Shown piece after piece: positions 46,718-56,731 of a DNA stretch of 64,000 bases. Source of the DNA: an uncultured Candidatus Saccharibacteria bacterium (lineage in GTDB: Bacteria; Patescibacteriota; Minisyncoccia; Phycocordibacterales; Phycocordibacteraceae); contig CAYXYP010000004.1 in assembly GCA_964469405.1 (NCBI GenBank), forward strand, positions 7,717-71,716, given 5' to 3'. Below the pieces are notes generated by a model, which saw nothing but the letters and a program-made list of their open reading frames with translations, was not told the DNA's origin and did not search any database. Each line of letters opens with the position of its first letter. The stretch's first letter is position 1. Both the position numbers and the translations under genes were made by a program.

Positions 46718-47524
46718 ATGGAAGCTATCATTGAGGTGAAGAATCTCACAAAAAAATTTGGCGATTTTGTTGCCGTACAGGACGTCTCATTTTCGGTTGA
46801 GGAGGGAGGTATCTTTGCATTTCTCGGACCTAATGGAGCGGGCAAATCGACGACGATTAAAATGATCACAACGCTGCTGCGCCCGACTTCAGGAACTATC
46901 ATTATCAATGGCCACGATCCCGCTATCAATCCCGATTTTGTACGAACATCCTTCGGTATCGTCTTCCAGGATCCTTCGCTTGACGATGATTTGACTGCAC
47001 TTGAGAATCTACATTTGCACGGAATTCTCTACGGCGTACCGAAAGACATGTTGAAGAGACGCATTGATGAGATGCTTACGCTTGTCGAGCTCACGGATCG
47101 TCGGCACGACTTTGTGCGTGATTTTTCGGGCGGGATGAAGCGTCGTTTGGAGATAGCTCGTGGACTTCTGCATCATCCGAAAATCATTTTTCTCGATGAG
47201 CCGACCTTGGGTCTCGACCCGCAGACGCGTAATCATCTCTGGAGTTATGTACAGAAGCTAAATGCCGATGAAGGTATAACCGTTTTCTTTACCACGCACT
47301 ACATGGAAGAAGCCGAGCGCGTCGCAAAAAAAATCGCCATCATTGATCATGGTGTCATTATTGCTCAAGGAAGTAATGATGAATTGAAGAAACAGACAAG
47401 TACAACAACGCTCGAGGAGGCTTTTTTGAAGCTTACCGGAAGCGATATCAGGCACGAAGCGGGTAATGCTCTCGAACTGTCACGCGCGCATCAACGGATG
47501 TGGCAAGGCACCAATCGTCGCTAA
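46718..47524 (+). CDS. ABC transporter ATP-binding protein (ABC-2 type)
   Basis: Walker A GPNGAGKST, signature FSGGMKRRLEIA and Walker B IIFLDEPTLGLD are present. Confidence 0.85.
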   Translation: MEAIIEVKNLTKKFGDFVAVQDVSFSVEEGGIFAFLGPNGAGKSTTIKMITTLLRPTSGTIIINGHDPAINPDFVRTSFGIVFQDPSLDDDLTALENLHLHGILYGVPKDMLKRRIDEMLTLVELTDRRHDFVRDFSGGMKRRLEIARGLLHHPKIIFLDEPTLGLDPQTRNHLWSYVQKLNADEGITVFFTTHYMEEAERVAKKIAIIDHGVIIAQGSNDELKKQTSTTTLEEAFLKLTGSDIRHEAGNALELSRAHQRMWQGTNRR

Positions 47525-47528
47525 TTGT

Positions 47529-48281
47529 ATGCATATGAACGCTGTGTACGTCATGTGGCTTAGAGAAATGAAGCGATTTATCCGCTCCCGGAGTCGTATC
47601 GTGGGTGCTTTGGGTCAACCCCTCCTCTTTCTTATTGCGTTTGGTTACGGGTTTGGTCCCGTGTTCGCAAAAGCAGGGCAAGGGAATTATCTGGAGTTTA
47701 TCGCACCGGGCATCATCGGCATGTCGATTATTTTTACCGCGATTTTCAACGGGATGCAGGTTATCTGGGATCGACAGTTCGGATTCCTGAAAGAGACGAT
47801 GGTTGCACCGGTCTCCAGGCTTTCTATCATGTTCGGACGTACGCTTGGCGGAGCAACGGTTGCGAGTATTGAAGGCATGCTCGTACTTATTATCGCCGTC
47901 ATAGTCGGTTTCCGACCCTCGTCGTGGGCTGGCATTGTACCGGCGATTCTTGTGATGTTGCTTATAGCCCTTCTCTTCAGTGCTCTCGGAATCATGGCCG
48001 CTTCGCGGCTGAAAGATATGCAAGGTTTCCAGATCATTATGAATTTTCTTGTGATACCACTCTTCTTTCTTTCGGGAGCTCTCTTCCCTTTGAATACGGT
48101 CCCGTCCGCTCTGCTTTTTGTTGCGCGACTTGACCCTTTGTCATATGGCGTCGATGCGCTGCGCTATTTTCTTATCGGCGTTGCGACATTCCCGATCGCG
48201 CTTGATATCGGCGTTCTCGTTGGGATTACGGCACTCTTCCTCGCGGTTGGTTCGTATTTTTTCTCCCGGATGGAAGTTTAG
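47529..48281 (+). CDS. ABC-2 family transporter permease
   Basis: About 6 TM helices are predicted. The start is taken at ATG 47529/47535, just after the ATPase stop. The ORF track gives 47466. Confidence 0.75.
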   Translation: MHMNAVYVMWLREMKRFIRSRSRIVGALGQPLLFLIAFGYGFGPVFAKAGQGNYLEFIAPGIIGMSIIFTAIFNGMQVIWDRQFGFLKETMVAPVSRLSIMFGRTLGGATVASIEGMLVLIIAVIVGFRPSSWAGIVPAILVMLLIALLFSALGIMAASRLKDMQGFQIIMNFLVIPLFFLSGALFPLNTVPSALLFVARLDPLSYGVDALRYFLIGVATFPIALDIGVLVGITALFLAVGSYFFSRMEV

Positions 48282-49021
48282 GATATCGCACGGATAGCAT
48301 CGGTCAATGTATCGACCTGTTTGAAGAATTTAGTATCACGAACATCGCGCGGGCGTAGAAGGTCGACATCAAGCGTCATTTCTATACGTCCCGGATGTGC
48401 CCCCATGACAATAATCTTGTCGGAGAGCTCGATGGTGTCGGGGATAAGGTGATTCACCATAAGGATGGTCATGTTGTAGGAGTGCCATATGTTAATCAGG
48501 TCTGCTTTGAGTGCTTCAGAGGTGATGGTATCAAGATTCGAGAATGGTTCGTCCATGATGAGGAAATCAGGAGAGATTGCGAGAGCTCGCGCGAGGCCAA
48601 CTCTCTGACGCTGACCGCCCGAGAGGGTTGCGGGAAAATGGTTTTCGAGATGTGCGAGGCCAACCTCTTTCAATTTCTCGCGCGCAATACTTTCCCGCTC
48701 TTTGCGTCGCATACCATCCATGTGGAGACCGAAAGCAACATTATCGAGAGCAGAGAGCCAAGGAAAGAGTGCATAGCTCTGGAATACCATCGCAGGTCGT
48801 GAAAAATTTCGCACAATATTGCCACTAGTCTGAGGGAGAAGTCCGAGGATGATGCGCATGAGGGTCGATTTCCCGGCGCCTGATGGGCCGATAACTGATA
48901 CGAATGCACCAGTAGGGACAGAGAATGAAATATCCCTCAAGATAGGTACGCTCACTTCTTCATCACTAAAATTGGCGGAGACGCGCGAGAGGACGAGTGC
49001 CGTTTTGTCAGAGTCAATCAT
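48278..49021 (-). CDS. ABC transporter ATP-binding protein (NitT/TauT-like)
   Basis: Walker A GPSGAGKST, signature LSGGQRQRVGLARAL and Walker B LIMDEPFSNLD are present. Confidence 0.8.
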   Translation of the reverse strand: MIDSDKTALVLSRVSANFSDEEVSVPILRDISFSVPTGAFVSVIGPSGAGKSTLMRIILGLLPQTSGNIVRNFSRPAMVFQSYALFPWLSALDNVAFGLHMDGMRRKERESIAREKLKEVGLAHLENHFPATLSGGQRQRVGLARALAISPDFLIMDEPFSNLDTITSEALKADLINIWHSYNMTILMVNHLIPDTIELSDKIIVMGAHPGRIEMTLDVDLLRPRDVRDTKFFKQVDTLTDAIRAIS

Positions 49022-49024
49022 AGT

Positions 49025-49774
49025 TTATTCAGCGTATCGCCGGCTGCTTTCGGCGAGGAGTGGGGTCCAAACGAGGCGATTCACTGCAAATACGATGACG
49101 AGAATAGCGAGCATCCCGGCAATCATGGCCTGACTCATACCCGAGACGCTCGCTTCTTTTATAAAGTCGCCGAAACCGGCGATATTCGTAATAATCTCGG
49201 CGCCGATGACCGCTTCCCATCCGATAGCAATGCCAACGATTGATCCGGTAAGTACGGCAGGGAAGGAGAGTGGAGCGAGATAATAGCGGATGCGTTTCGG
49301 TCCTCGCGCGCCAAAAATAGTTGCCGCGTCATTTAAATCTACGTGCGCGCTTTTAATTGCAGTCAGGACGGCGAAGAGGATTGGCCAGACTATGGAGCTC
49401 ACGGCAAAGAAAACGATCATTTCGCTTGTAAAACCGAAAAAGTAGATGAAAAGCGGTATGAGTGCAAATGAAGGAATGTTTTGTAAAACATCAAAAATTG
49501 GGAAAAGCATTTCGCCAAATCGGCCCCAGCCTACGAGGAGCGCGATGGAGACGCCGAGTATGAGTGCAATACCGTAGGCCAATACAAGGCGGTAGGTGGT
49601 CTGCAGGACGGCTTCCCCGATCATCACCCACGTATCGCCTCCGAAGTAGCCAAAGGACGTGAAAAGGACAGCAGCACAAATAATGCCCGTCACGATGAAC
49701 CATGCACGTCGGTGTCGCTTTAGATGAACACGATGCATGGCACGCGTTTGTGGGTGTATGACACTGCGAATCAT
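49025..49774 (-). CDS. ABC transporter permease (binding-protein-dependent inner-membrane component, SsuC/TauC-like)
   Basis: It has 6 TM helices with an EAA-like loop. It is coupled to the ATPase gene. No substrate-binding protein gene is adjacent. Confidence 0.75.
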   Translation of the reverse strand: MIRSVIHPQTRAMHRVHLKRHRRAWFIVTGIICAAVLFTSFGYFGGDTWVMIGEAVLQTTYRLVLAYGIALILGVSIALLVGWGRFGEMLFPIFDVLQNIPSFALIPLFIYFFGFTSEMIVFFAVSSIVWPILFAVLTAIKSAHVDLNDAATIFGARGPKRIRYYLAPLSFPAVLTGSIVGIAIGWEAVIGAEIITNIAGFGDFIKEASVSGMSQAMIAGMLAILVIVFAVNRLVWTPLLAESSRRYAE

Positions 49775-49928
49775 AGTTCCAAGTATATCTTAGTCGGGAG
49801 CCCGCTGATTTTCGATCGTGCGAACAGCGCATAGTGCACACTCATTGCCAAAGGATGGTGTGGGCCATGATACAATTGCTCTCGATAGCGGGCAGACGTT
49901 ACATATTAAGTATAATTATCTTTAATTC

Positions 49929-50717
49929 ATGAGTATATTTCGAACTATTGGAATCGTCGGCAGCGCTTCTGCACTTCTCTTTTCGGCGACGGTTGCGTTC
50001 GCTCAAGATCGGCCCGTGAATGTAAGAGAGGGTATGAATGAGCCTGCGAAGAATCCGATTAATATGCGTCGCGCGGTAGCTACATCGACAACCGCAACGA
50101 CGACTCGTCGAGAAATCGGCAAAGATTCACTCGAGCATATGAAAACGGTGCGTGAAGAAGCTCAAACGCGCATCAAGGAGCAACAAGAGAAAGCGCAACA
50201 ACGTTTAGGGGATATCAAGGAAAAAGCAAAGCAACAGATGGCAGATCGACTCATCAAGCAGTTCGCAAAAGAAAATGTAAGATGGACCGATCATTTTATG
50301 AAGATGCAGGATCGCCTCGATGCCATCTTGAAGAAGATTCAGGACCGAGCAACCATTGCTGCGAGCAAAGGGAAAGACATTTCTGCAGTCACGGCAGCAA
50401 TTGCATCAGCACAAACTGCAATCGCAACTGCTCGTACTGCGGTAACTACACAGGCTGCTAAGACCTATGCGGTAGATCCATCAGCTATTGTCGTGACAAC
50501 TTCAACTACGACTCCAAGCGGGCAGGAAGAGCTTATGCGAGGCCTACGAGCTTCGTTCAAGAATCTTCACACCGCTTTGTTTAAGGACCTCTTTGCCCTA
50601 CGCGATGGCCCGGTAACGGATGCACGGAAAGCGGTATATAACGCAGCTCAAGTATTGGGTAAAATCCACGGGGTTGATGAAGGGAGTGCGACCTCAACAG
50701 CAAATACGAATCAATAA
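49929..50717 (+). CDS. secreted coiled-coil/low-complexity protein, hypothetical
   Basis: The signal peptide is MSIFRTIGIVGSASALLFSATVAFAQ. The body is Ala/Thr/Lys-rich. Confidence 0.5.
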   Translation: MSIFRTIGIVGSASALLFSATVAFAQDRPVNVREGMNEPAKNPINMRRAVATSTTATTTRREIGKDSLEHMKTVREEAQTRIKEQQEKAQQRLGDIKEKAKQQMADRLIKQFAKENVRWTDHFMKMQDRLDAILKKIQDRATIAASKGKDISAVTAAIASAQTAIATARTAVTTQAAKTYAVDPSAIVVTTSTTTPSGQEELMRGLRASFKNLHTALFKDLFALRDGPVTDARKAVYNAAQVLGKIHGVDEGSATSTANTNQ

Positions 50718-50735
50718 TCTCTAATTGAAATATCT

Positions 50736-51104
50736 ATGGACAATCAACCAGTAGTAAATGAGCCCGTGAATCAGCCAGTATATGAGCCAGTAAATCAACC
50801 GATACTTCAAGTAATCGACCAAGGTTCCTCACACAATATGTGGTACATCACGGGCGCAGTCGTCGTTATCGCTGGACTCGCTCTATGGTACTACTTGACA
50901 CCGTCTCCGATTATCGTAGATGATACACCCCCGACTATTACGGTGGGTGCAGAGACTTCGGTTGTCGATGTGACGCAGGCCGTACCACTAGTAAGTGGCA
51001 ATTCTGTTGCGAATATTTTGACTGATCTCAGTCAAACTTCGGACGGTTCTGCTGCGCTCAATCAGGCGGCTGCTTCCTCCGCTGAGGCTGTTCAGGGATT
51101 TTAA
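50736..51104 (+). CDS. single-pass membrane protein, hypothetical
   Basis: The N-terminus has a proline-rich repeat (NEPVNQPVYEPVNQP). It is followed by one TM helix and an extracytoplasmic tail. Confidence 0.45.
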   Translation: MDNQPVVNEPVNQPVYEPVNQPILQVIDQGSSHNMWYITGAVVVIAGLALWYYLTPSPIIVDDTPPTITVGAETSVVDVTQAVPLVSGNSVANILTDLSQTSDGSAALNQAAASSAEAVQGF

Positions 51105-51117
51105 GAAAAAATATAGC

Positions 51118-51153
51118 AACGAACGATCGCCGGCTAGCCGGCGATCGTTCGTT
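51118..51153 (+). terminator. bidirectional intrinsic terminator
   Basis: A perfect 16-bp stem aacgaacgatcgccgg / ccggcgatcgttcgtt has a CTAG loop. It lies between convergent genes. Confidence 0.75.
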
Positions 51154-51172
51154 TGTATAGAGAAAATCTAAC

Positions 51173-51421
51173 TCAGAGTTCTCCGACGATTCCTACAATC
51201 CACTTTTCAACCTTCTGTATTGTCGCATGGATCTTCGGGTACTTCACGGTGTGGGTATCAGTCCATGCGCGGATTTTTGGCGAATGGAGGGAAAGGAGAA
51301 TTACGCCAATAGCAAGGAAGAGGAATCCTTGGAGAAAAGGTAGCACGAGACCAACGAGACCGAGAATAATGAAAAGAATGCCTGCCACAAGCACCAACTT
51401 CTTTTTAATTTTTTTGTACAT
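51173..51421 (-). CDS. YbaN/DUF454-like small inner-membrane protein
   Basis: The 82-aa ORF has two TM helices. LLSLHSPKIRAWTDTH resembles the YbaN family. Confidence 0.55.
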   Translation of the reverse strand: MYKKIKKKLVLVAGILFIILGLVGLVLPFLQGFLFLAIGVILLSLHSPKIRAWTDTHTVKYPKIHATIQKVEKWIVGIVGEL

Positions 51422-51827
51422 GATGGCTCCGAGGTCGTTTTTTTGCCAAGCTTTTTTTCAGTTTCTTTAAATCCGAATCTATCACCTCAAGTTCTTCAAC
51501 CACATGCTGCAGAGCACTTTGTTCAGAGTGTACCTCGCTCTCGGTTTTCTCGGTAAGCTTTTTTTCTCGATTAACACCTGACATGATGATGCTGTCTCCT
51601 ATAAAAACTGAAACGAGGAGTCCGGTGAGAAGAAGGATTACGGTGCCGACTACAATAGATATCGGTCCGGAAAACCAAGGAAACAGGTTTGCCGTTTCCC
51701 ACACCCCCCTCCAAAACAGGACAACACCAATACCGCCAATGAATGCATACGGAATTGGGTAGTGACTGAGCGAAATCCGTATCCTATCTTCAAGTTTATC
51801 GAAATAACAAATGATGCTGTTGAGCAT
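51405..51827 (-). CDS. hypothetical membrane protein with C-terminal coiled coil
   Basis: The 140-aa ORF has two TM helices. It overlaps the downstream gene by 17 nt. Confidence 0.45.
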   Translation of the reverse strand: MLNSIICYFDKLEDRIRISLSHYPIPYAFIGGIGVVLFWRGVWETANLFPWFSGPISIVVGTVILLLTGLLVSVFIGDSIIMSGVNREKKLTEKTESEVHSEQSALQHVVEELEVIDSDLKKLKKSLAKKRPRSHHVQKN

Positions 51828-51831
51828 GTCC

Positions 51832-52197
51832 TTATACTACCACCGGTTTGTTAGCGTATAGGAAGCCGAGTAATAGTGCGGAGAGTACTACGGCCGGTAG
51901 CATCAGCGAGAGAGGGTCAAACATGAGGTGAGAGCCGATTGCTCCTGTCATAACGATGAGTAATCCGATTGCAGCCATACGCGGCAGACGCGCATCAATG
52001 AGTCGTCCGCACACAAGCCCAAGTGCTCCGGCAAGTTCGATAGTACCAATAACATACATGAACCAAAGCGGATAGCCGAAGTGCGTAAACACCGCCACTT
52101 CCATTGGGCTAGTAGATAATTTCAAAAAACCGACAAAACCGAATGCAAGCGCAAGCAGTCCTGCAAGAACCCAAGACGCAACATTACTTTTTGGCAT
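51832..52197 (-). CDS. DoxX-family membrane protein
   Basis: The 121-aa ORF has 4 TM helices with DoxX-like spacing. Confidence 0.65.
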   Translation of the reverse strand: MPKSNVASWVLAGLLALAFGFVGFLKLSTSPMEVAVFTHFGYPLWFMYVIGTIELAGALGLVCGRLIDARLPRMAAIGLLIVMTGAIGSHLMFDPLSLMLPAVVLSALLLGFLYANKPVVV

Positions 52198-52282
52198 GAA
52201 TACGGTAAGTTACTATTATCTGCTAATAATAACATCCCCTATTGGTTAGAAATCGCTTCCAGTATGCCAGTGTCCCTGCATG

Positions 52283-54067
52283 TTAAACATGCAAACCAAT
52301 CTGTAATTCATAAAGTCTTCGGTATTCTCCACCCTCAATCATGAGGAGCTCTTGATGGGTTCCTGACTCAGTTACCCGGCCTTCTTTGAAGACGAGGATG
52401 ATATCTGCTTTTCGAACTGTACTCAGGCGGTGCGCAATGATAAAAGTGGTTTTGCCTCGCATAAGTTCGTCTAATGATTCGGTGATGATCTTCTCCGAGC
52501 CCGCATCAAGGGCTGAGGTCGGTTCATCGAGGATGAGAATACGTGGATTACGCAGGATCGCTCGAGCGATGGCTACGCGCTGTTTCTGGCCGACGGATAG
52601 TTTTACGCCTCGCTCTCCGACCATTTGCTCCCATTTCTGTGGAAATTTTTCTATAAAAGCTAAAGCATGAGCTTTTACGGTGGCTTGTTGTATTTCTTCA
52701 TCTGTGGCTTCGAAGTTTCCATATTGGACATTCATCCTGATGGAGTCATTGAAAAGAACAACTTCTTGTGGGACGACGCCGATCTGACTACGAAGGCTTC
52801 GAAGGTTAATGTCCCGAATGTCATGACCATCAATAAGCACCTCTCCTTTAGTAGGGAAATGATAGGCTGAAATAAGGTCAATAAGTGTGCTCTTCCCAAC
52901 ACCGGATTCCCCGACAAGAGCCACCACCTGGCCTCCCTTGATAGAGAAAGAAATATCTTCCAATACTCCTTTGCCTTCTTCATACTGGAAAGAGACATTC
53001 TTGAATGTGATGTCCCCTCTGACGGTAAGTTTGATGGATCCCTCTTTATTATAGGGTTCGGTGGGAATCTGAAGAATTTTTTCCGTCTCTTGAATATTTA
53101 CAATGCCATTCTGAATAATCTGCCAGTTTCGGGCGATGGTAGTGAAGGGGCCGAAGACCATCGCCGCATACGCATTGAAAGCAATCAATTCGCCAAGGGT
53201 CATGGTGCCGTGCTGAATATAGGAAACAGACATGATGAAAATAACGATTTGTGTCGTAAGAATCGTCATGCGTTGGTAGAGGGTCAGACTGCTCCAGAGA
53301 TTGGTGAGGCGCATCCAGAGAGGGACCGCACTCTTCATCTTTACGGAGAGCCTGTTTCTCTCATAGTCTTCAGCAGTGGCTTGTTTAATAGCTAATGCAT
53401 TACCGACGACATCAAACGACTCTCCGAAGACGAAATTGAGAACATCCCAGTATTCTTTCTGATAGATAGCAGTGTGCTGTATTTTCGATGAGAATATAAA
53501 AATATAGATAGACACGCCGAGAAGAAGCATGAGTGCTAGAAGTGGCTGCAGATAAAATGCAATAATAAAAGCAATAATGATACTTAGTATCTGAGGAGAG
53601 AGATCGATAACGATACGTCCGGCGATAGTTTCGAGGGCGCTTGCCGCTACGTTGATCTTGCTGCTCACCTCGCCTATTTTATTGGTTTTGTGAAATGAAA
53701 CGGGGAGAAGGAGAAGATATCCGAAGCCGTTACTTAGGTAATCGAGCCAGATAATATTTGAAAATTTCTCACTTAAAATATTAATGCGCCAGTCAAGGGT
53801 GTACGTGATCATTTGGATGATGGCCCACAAGATAAGGATCGCTGCGTAGAGAGGAACAGCGTACGAAAGCAGGTCGACCGTCGCGTGACTGGTAATGACG
53901 TCGAAGAATCTACCGGCGATATAGGGGATGACGCCGTTTCCGATGGCCGAGAAAATGCCCATGACACTAAGAGCTGTAATCTCTTTTTTGTACTGACTAA
54001 TGTATTTCCACAGTACGCGGAGACCGGTATAGAGGTTTTCTTTGCTTATTTTTTCTGCGGTTTCCAT
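52283..54067 (-). CDS. ABC exporter, fused transmembrane and ATP-binding domains (MsbA/type I exporter-like)
   Basis: It has 6 TM helices followed by GESGVGKSTL, LSVGQKQRVAIARAIL and ILILDEPTSALD. Confidence 0.85.
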   Translation of the reverse strand: METAEKISKENLYTGLRVLWKYISQYKKEITALSVMGIFSAIGNGVIPYIAGRFFDVITSHATVDLLSYAVPLYAAILILWAIIQMITYTLDWRINILSEKFSNIIWLDYLSNGFGYLLLLPVSFHKTNKIGEVSSKINVAASALETIAGRIVIDLSPQILSIIIAFIIAFYLQPLLALMLLLGVSIYIFIFSSKIQHTAIYQKEYWDVLNFVFGESFDVVGNALAIKQATAEDYERNRLSVKMKSAVPLWMRLTNLWSSLTLYQRMTILTTQIVIFIMSVSYIQHGTMTLGELIAFNAYAAMVFGPFTTIARNWQIIQNGIVNIQETEKILQIPTEPYNKEGSIKLTVRGDITFKNVSFQYEEGKGVLEDISFSIKGGQVVALVGESGVGKSTLIDLISAYHFPTKGEVLIDGHDIRDINLRSLRSQIGVVPQEVVLFNDSIRMNVQYGNFEATDEEIQQATVKAHALAFIEKFPQKWEQMVGERGVKLSVGQKQRVAIARAILRNPRILILDEPTSALDAGSEKIITESLDELMRGKTTFIIAHRLSTVRKADIILVFKEGRVTESGTHQELLMIEGGEYRRLYELQIGLHV

Positions 54068-54128
54068 AGTGTTGTAAGTCTAAAATAATTTACCACATCA
54101 AACGTTGAGTAAGAAATATCCTTGCGTG

Positions 54129-55418
54129 CTATCGCCCGGCAAGCTTCGATTTTTGTGATGCGTGGGTTCCGGCGACATACCCAGTCGTCCAGCAAAGTTG
54201 CAGCGAATAACCGCCCGACGGCCGAGTAATATGCAGCAGATCTCCCGTGACGAATAGGTTCTCATAGAGCCGACTTCGCATGGTCCGTGTATCAATTTCG
54301 GTAAGAGAGAGCCCTCCATCAGCCACTACCGCCCGATCGAAGCCCATGAGCCCCGTGATAGTTACTGGAACGTGTTTCAGAAGCTCAATGATCTCTCGCC
54401 GATATTCTTTTGTAACGCTATGGACTTTTGTATCGGGGTTGATATTCGGAAGAAGCGATAGAAGAATTTCGGCTGTACCAGGAGGCGCGATATCTTTGAA
54501 AACGTTTTTGAGCCGTTTATTTTTATTGGTATCAAAAAGTTTAGTGATCTTTTGGTCGAGCGCACCTACATCCAAATCAGGGCACGTGTCGATGGCGGCA
54601 GTGACGTTTCCTTCTTGAAGCATATCAGCCACTTTCCCTGCGCTGTTGAGGATAGTCGGACCGGATATTCCAAAATGGGTGAAAAGAAGTGTCCCCACAG
54701 TCGAAAATTTCTTTGTGCCATGCACAGAGAACGAAATTCTCATCGAAGGAAGGGAAGTACCCGCAAGCCGTTTGACCCACCCCTCTTTCACTTTGAGCGG
54801 AACGATGGTTGGGGTTGGTTTCGCTGTAGCATGTCCAAGCTCGGCGAGCCATGAGAATCCGTCTCCAGTCGAGCCGGTCTCAGGGTGCGAGGCGCCTCCA
54901 GTTGCGAGTATGTAAGAGCTTGCTGAGAAATCTCCTACGCTCGTCTGAACTTTAACTATGCGTCCGTGTGTGCCGACGATCTTTCTTACAGTGATGCCCG
55001 TGCGCACCTCGACATGCGTTTCTGCGAGATACTTTTCGAGTATAGCGACTACGTCAGGTGCGCGCTCGTTTACCGGAAAGACTCGTTTTTGCGCCTCGAC
55101 TTTCAGGGGCAATCCCCGAGATTCAAAAAATGAAAAAGTGTCTGATACTCCAAATTGCGCGAATGTTGAATGGAGAAATTTATCCATCTTTCCGTATTTG
55201 GAGAGGAAGATTCGTACGTCTGCTTCGGCATTCGTGATGTTGCAACGACCACCGCCAGTGATAGCGAGTTTCTCGCCAAGCCGCACATTCTTCTCGAGGA
55301 GTAGAACACGTTTTCCATTTTCGGCGGCGTGGCCGGCCGCCATCATGCCGGATGCTCCACCGCCAATCACGATCACGTCGTAGTGAGAAGTAGACCTCAT
55401 TGGGGCTAATGAACGCAC
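54129..55418 (-). CDS. HI0933-like (BaiN/aminoacetone-oxidase family) FAD-dependent flavoprotein
   Basis: YDVIVIGGGASGMMAAGHAAENGKRVLLLEKN...GGGRCNITN is the family signature. Confidence 0.8.
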   Translation of the reverse strand: MRSLAPMRSTSHYDVIVIGGGASGMMAAGHAAENGKRVLLLEKNVRLGEKLAITGGGRCNITNAEADVRIFLSKYGKMDKFLHSTFAQFGVSDTFSFFESRGLPLKVEAQKRVFPVNERAPDVVAILEKYLAETHVEVRTGITVRKIVGTHGRIVKVQTSVGDFSASSYILATGGASHPETGSTGDGFSWLAELGHATAKPTPTIVPLKVKEGWVKRLAGTSLPSMRISFSVHGTKKFSTVGTLLFTHFGISGPTILNSAGKVADMLQEGNVTAAIDTCPDLDVGALDQKITKLFDTNKNKRLKNVFKDIAPPGTAEILLSLLPNINPDTKVHSVTKEYRREIIELLKHVPVTITGLMGFDRAVVADGGLSLTEIDTRTMRSRLYENLFVTGDLLHITRPSGGYSLQLCWTTGYVAGTHASQKSKLAGR

Positions 55419-55421
55419 GGG

Positions 55422-55781
55422 CTACTTCTCGGTCGAGGAAAGCGCACGAGTTTGAGTCTCGACGAGCGCGATGAGTCGGTCGAGTTTTGTGCTGAGGATA
55501 CCAAATTGCTTTTTCATATCGCCGGTGCCCATGTCTTCGTTATGGGTATTTGGTTCGCGCACGGATGGCGTGAAGGATGGCGTCGGCATATTACTCTTGA
55601 AACAATCGTGGCAGTAGACAGGCTTTTTACCATTCGGGCGAAAGGGAACTTCGCACATCTTGTGGCAGCTATTGCAGGATGCTCTATGCTTTTCAGTTGG
55701 ACGATCGGCATTAAGCGCGGGTGAGCGTTTGCCGCCGAAATTTGTGCGTGGGCCGAAATGTGGTTTCTTAAAATCTTTCAT
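55422..55781 (-). CDS. small zinc-ribbon protein, hypothetical
   Basis: CNSCHKMCEVPFRPNGKKPVYCHDCF gives a CxxC...CxxC arrangement. It is followed by a coiled-coil tail. Confidence 0.45.
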   Translation of the reverse strand: MKDFKKPHFGPRTNFGGKRSPALNADRPTEKHRASCNSCHKMCEVPFRPNGKKPVYCHDCFKSNMPTPSFTPSVREPNTHNEDMGTGDMKKQFGILSTKLDRLIALVETQTRALSSTEK

Positions 55782-55928
55782 AATGAGGTACTTGTAACCT
55801 GTAGAATAACATGATTTTTAGAAAAAGGCAACCCATCCCAAAATCACAAAACAAAAGGTTGACCATTTGTTTTGTGAGGTGTTATTGACTGAGTCAAACC
55901 TAGAACAAGTTATTACTACGAAATCTGA

Positions 55929-56618
55929 CTATATTTCTATAATTGTATAAATAGGGAGATGGTCAGACGCTTGAGAGTCTATGGTTCCGCTTGAGAGTAC
56001 TTTTATATCTGATGTGCAGAATATATAGTCTATTTTTTTTCCGTCAGCGCTGAACTTAGTTGGGTCCCCCTCGGTGTTCACCATGACTTTACCCATATCC
56101 TCTATGATTTTAGTATCAGGCGTTGCATTGAAATCACCCATGACCAACCCGTTTTCTTTTGGTAATACCTTTATCAAATTCTGCACCTGGGTAGTCTGTA
56201 TTTGAGAAGGTTGTTCGGTCGCATATACGAGATGAGTTGAGAAGACTTGTAGGTTCTTACCCTCGATTTTCACCGTTGCTTCGAGTGCAGTCCTCTTCCG
56301 GTCTCCAGATAGGACGTGCACGTTTCTGTCCGAGATCGCATATTTGCTCAATATTGCATTTCCCCACTCCATATTATTCTCTATTTTGTGTTTCTCCAAA
56401 AGGTGAGATATCGAGGGGATCAAGAGGGTAGTAGTCTCGTACACATAGGTATATCCCAGGACGTCCGCGATAGCTTTGGCGCTGTTATTAGCGCCACCTT
56501 CATCTTGTAGGACCTCTTGTAGTCCGATAATGTCTGGTTTTGCCTCGCTTAAGCATTTTATAATTTCTGGTAACTTTCTTCCGCCCCAAATATTCCAAGA
56601 TACGATTTTTAATTGCAT
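55929..56618 (-). CDS. endonuclease/exonuclease/phosphatase (EEP) family protein
   Basis: VSWNIWGG...IIGLQEV...GDFNATPD...SDHLPIY are the EEP catalytic motifs. Confidence 0.75.
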   Translation of the reverse strand: MQLKIVSWNIWGGRKLPEIIKCLSEAKPDIIGLQEVLQDEGGANNSAKAIADVLGYTYVYETTTLLIPSISHLLEKHKIENNMEWGNAILSKYAISDRNVHVLSGDRKRTALEATVKIEGKNLQVFSTHLVYATEQPSQIQTTQVQNLIKVLPKENGLVMGDFNATPDTKIIEDMGKVMVNTEGDPTKFSADGKKIDYIFCTSDIKVLSSGTIDSQASDHLPIYTIIEI

Positions 56619-56731
56619 TGCCCCTGATTATAGCAAATCCTATCCTGAGTCAAGGACCAGTTATGTATAGTGATATATAGTGTCATATGCCCTTGACGGA
56701 GTTTAAATTGCTTAGTGGCACGACGTGGCAA

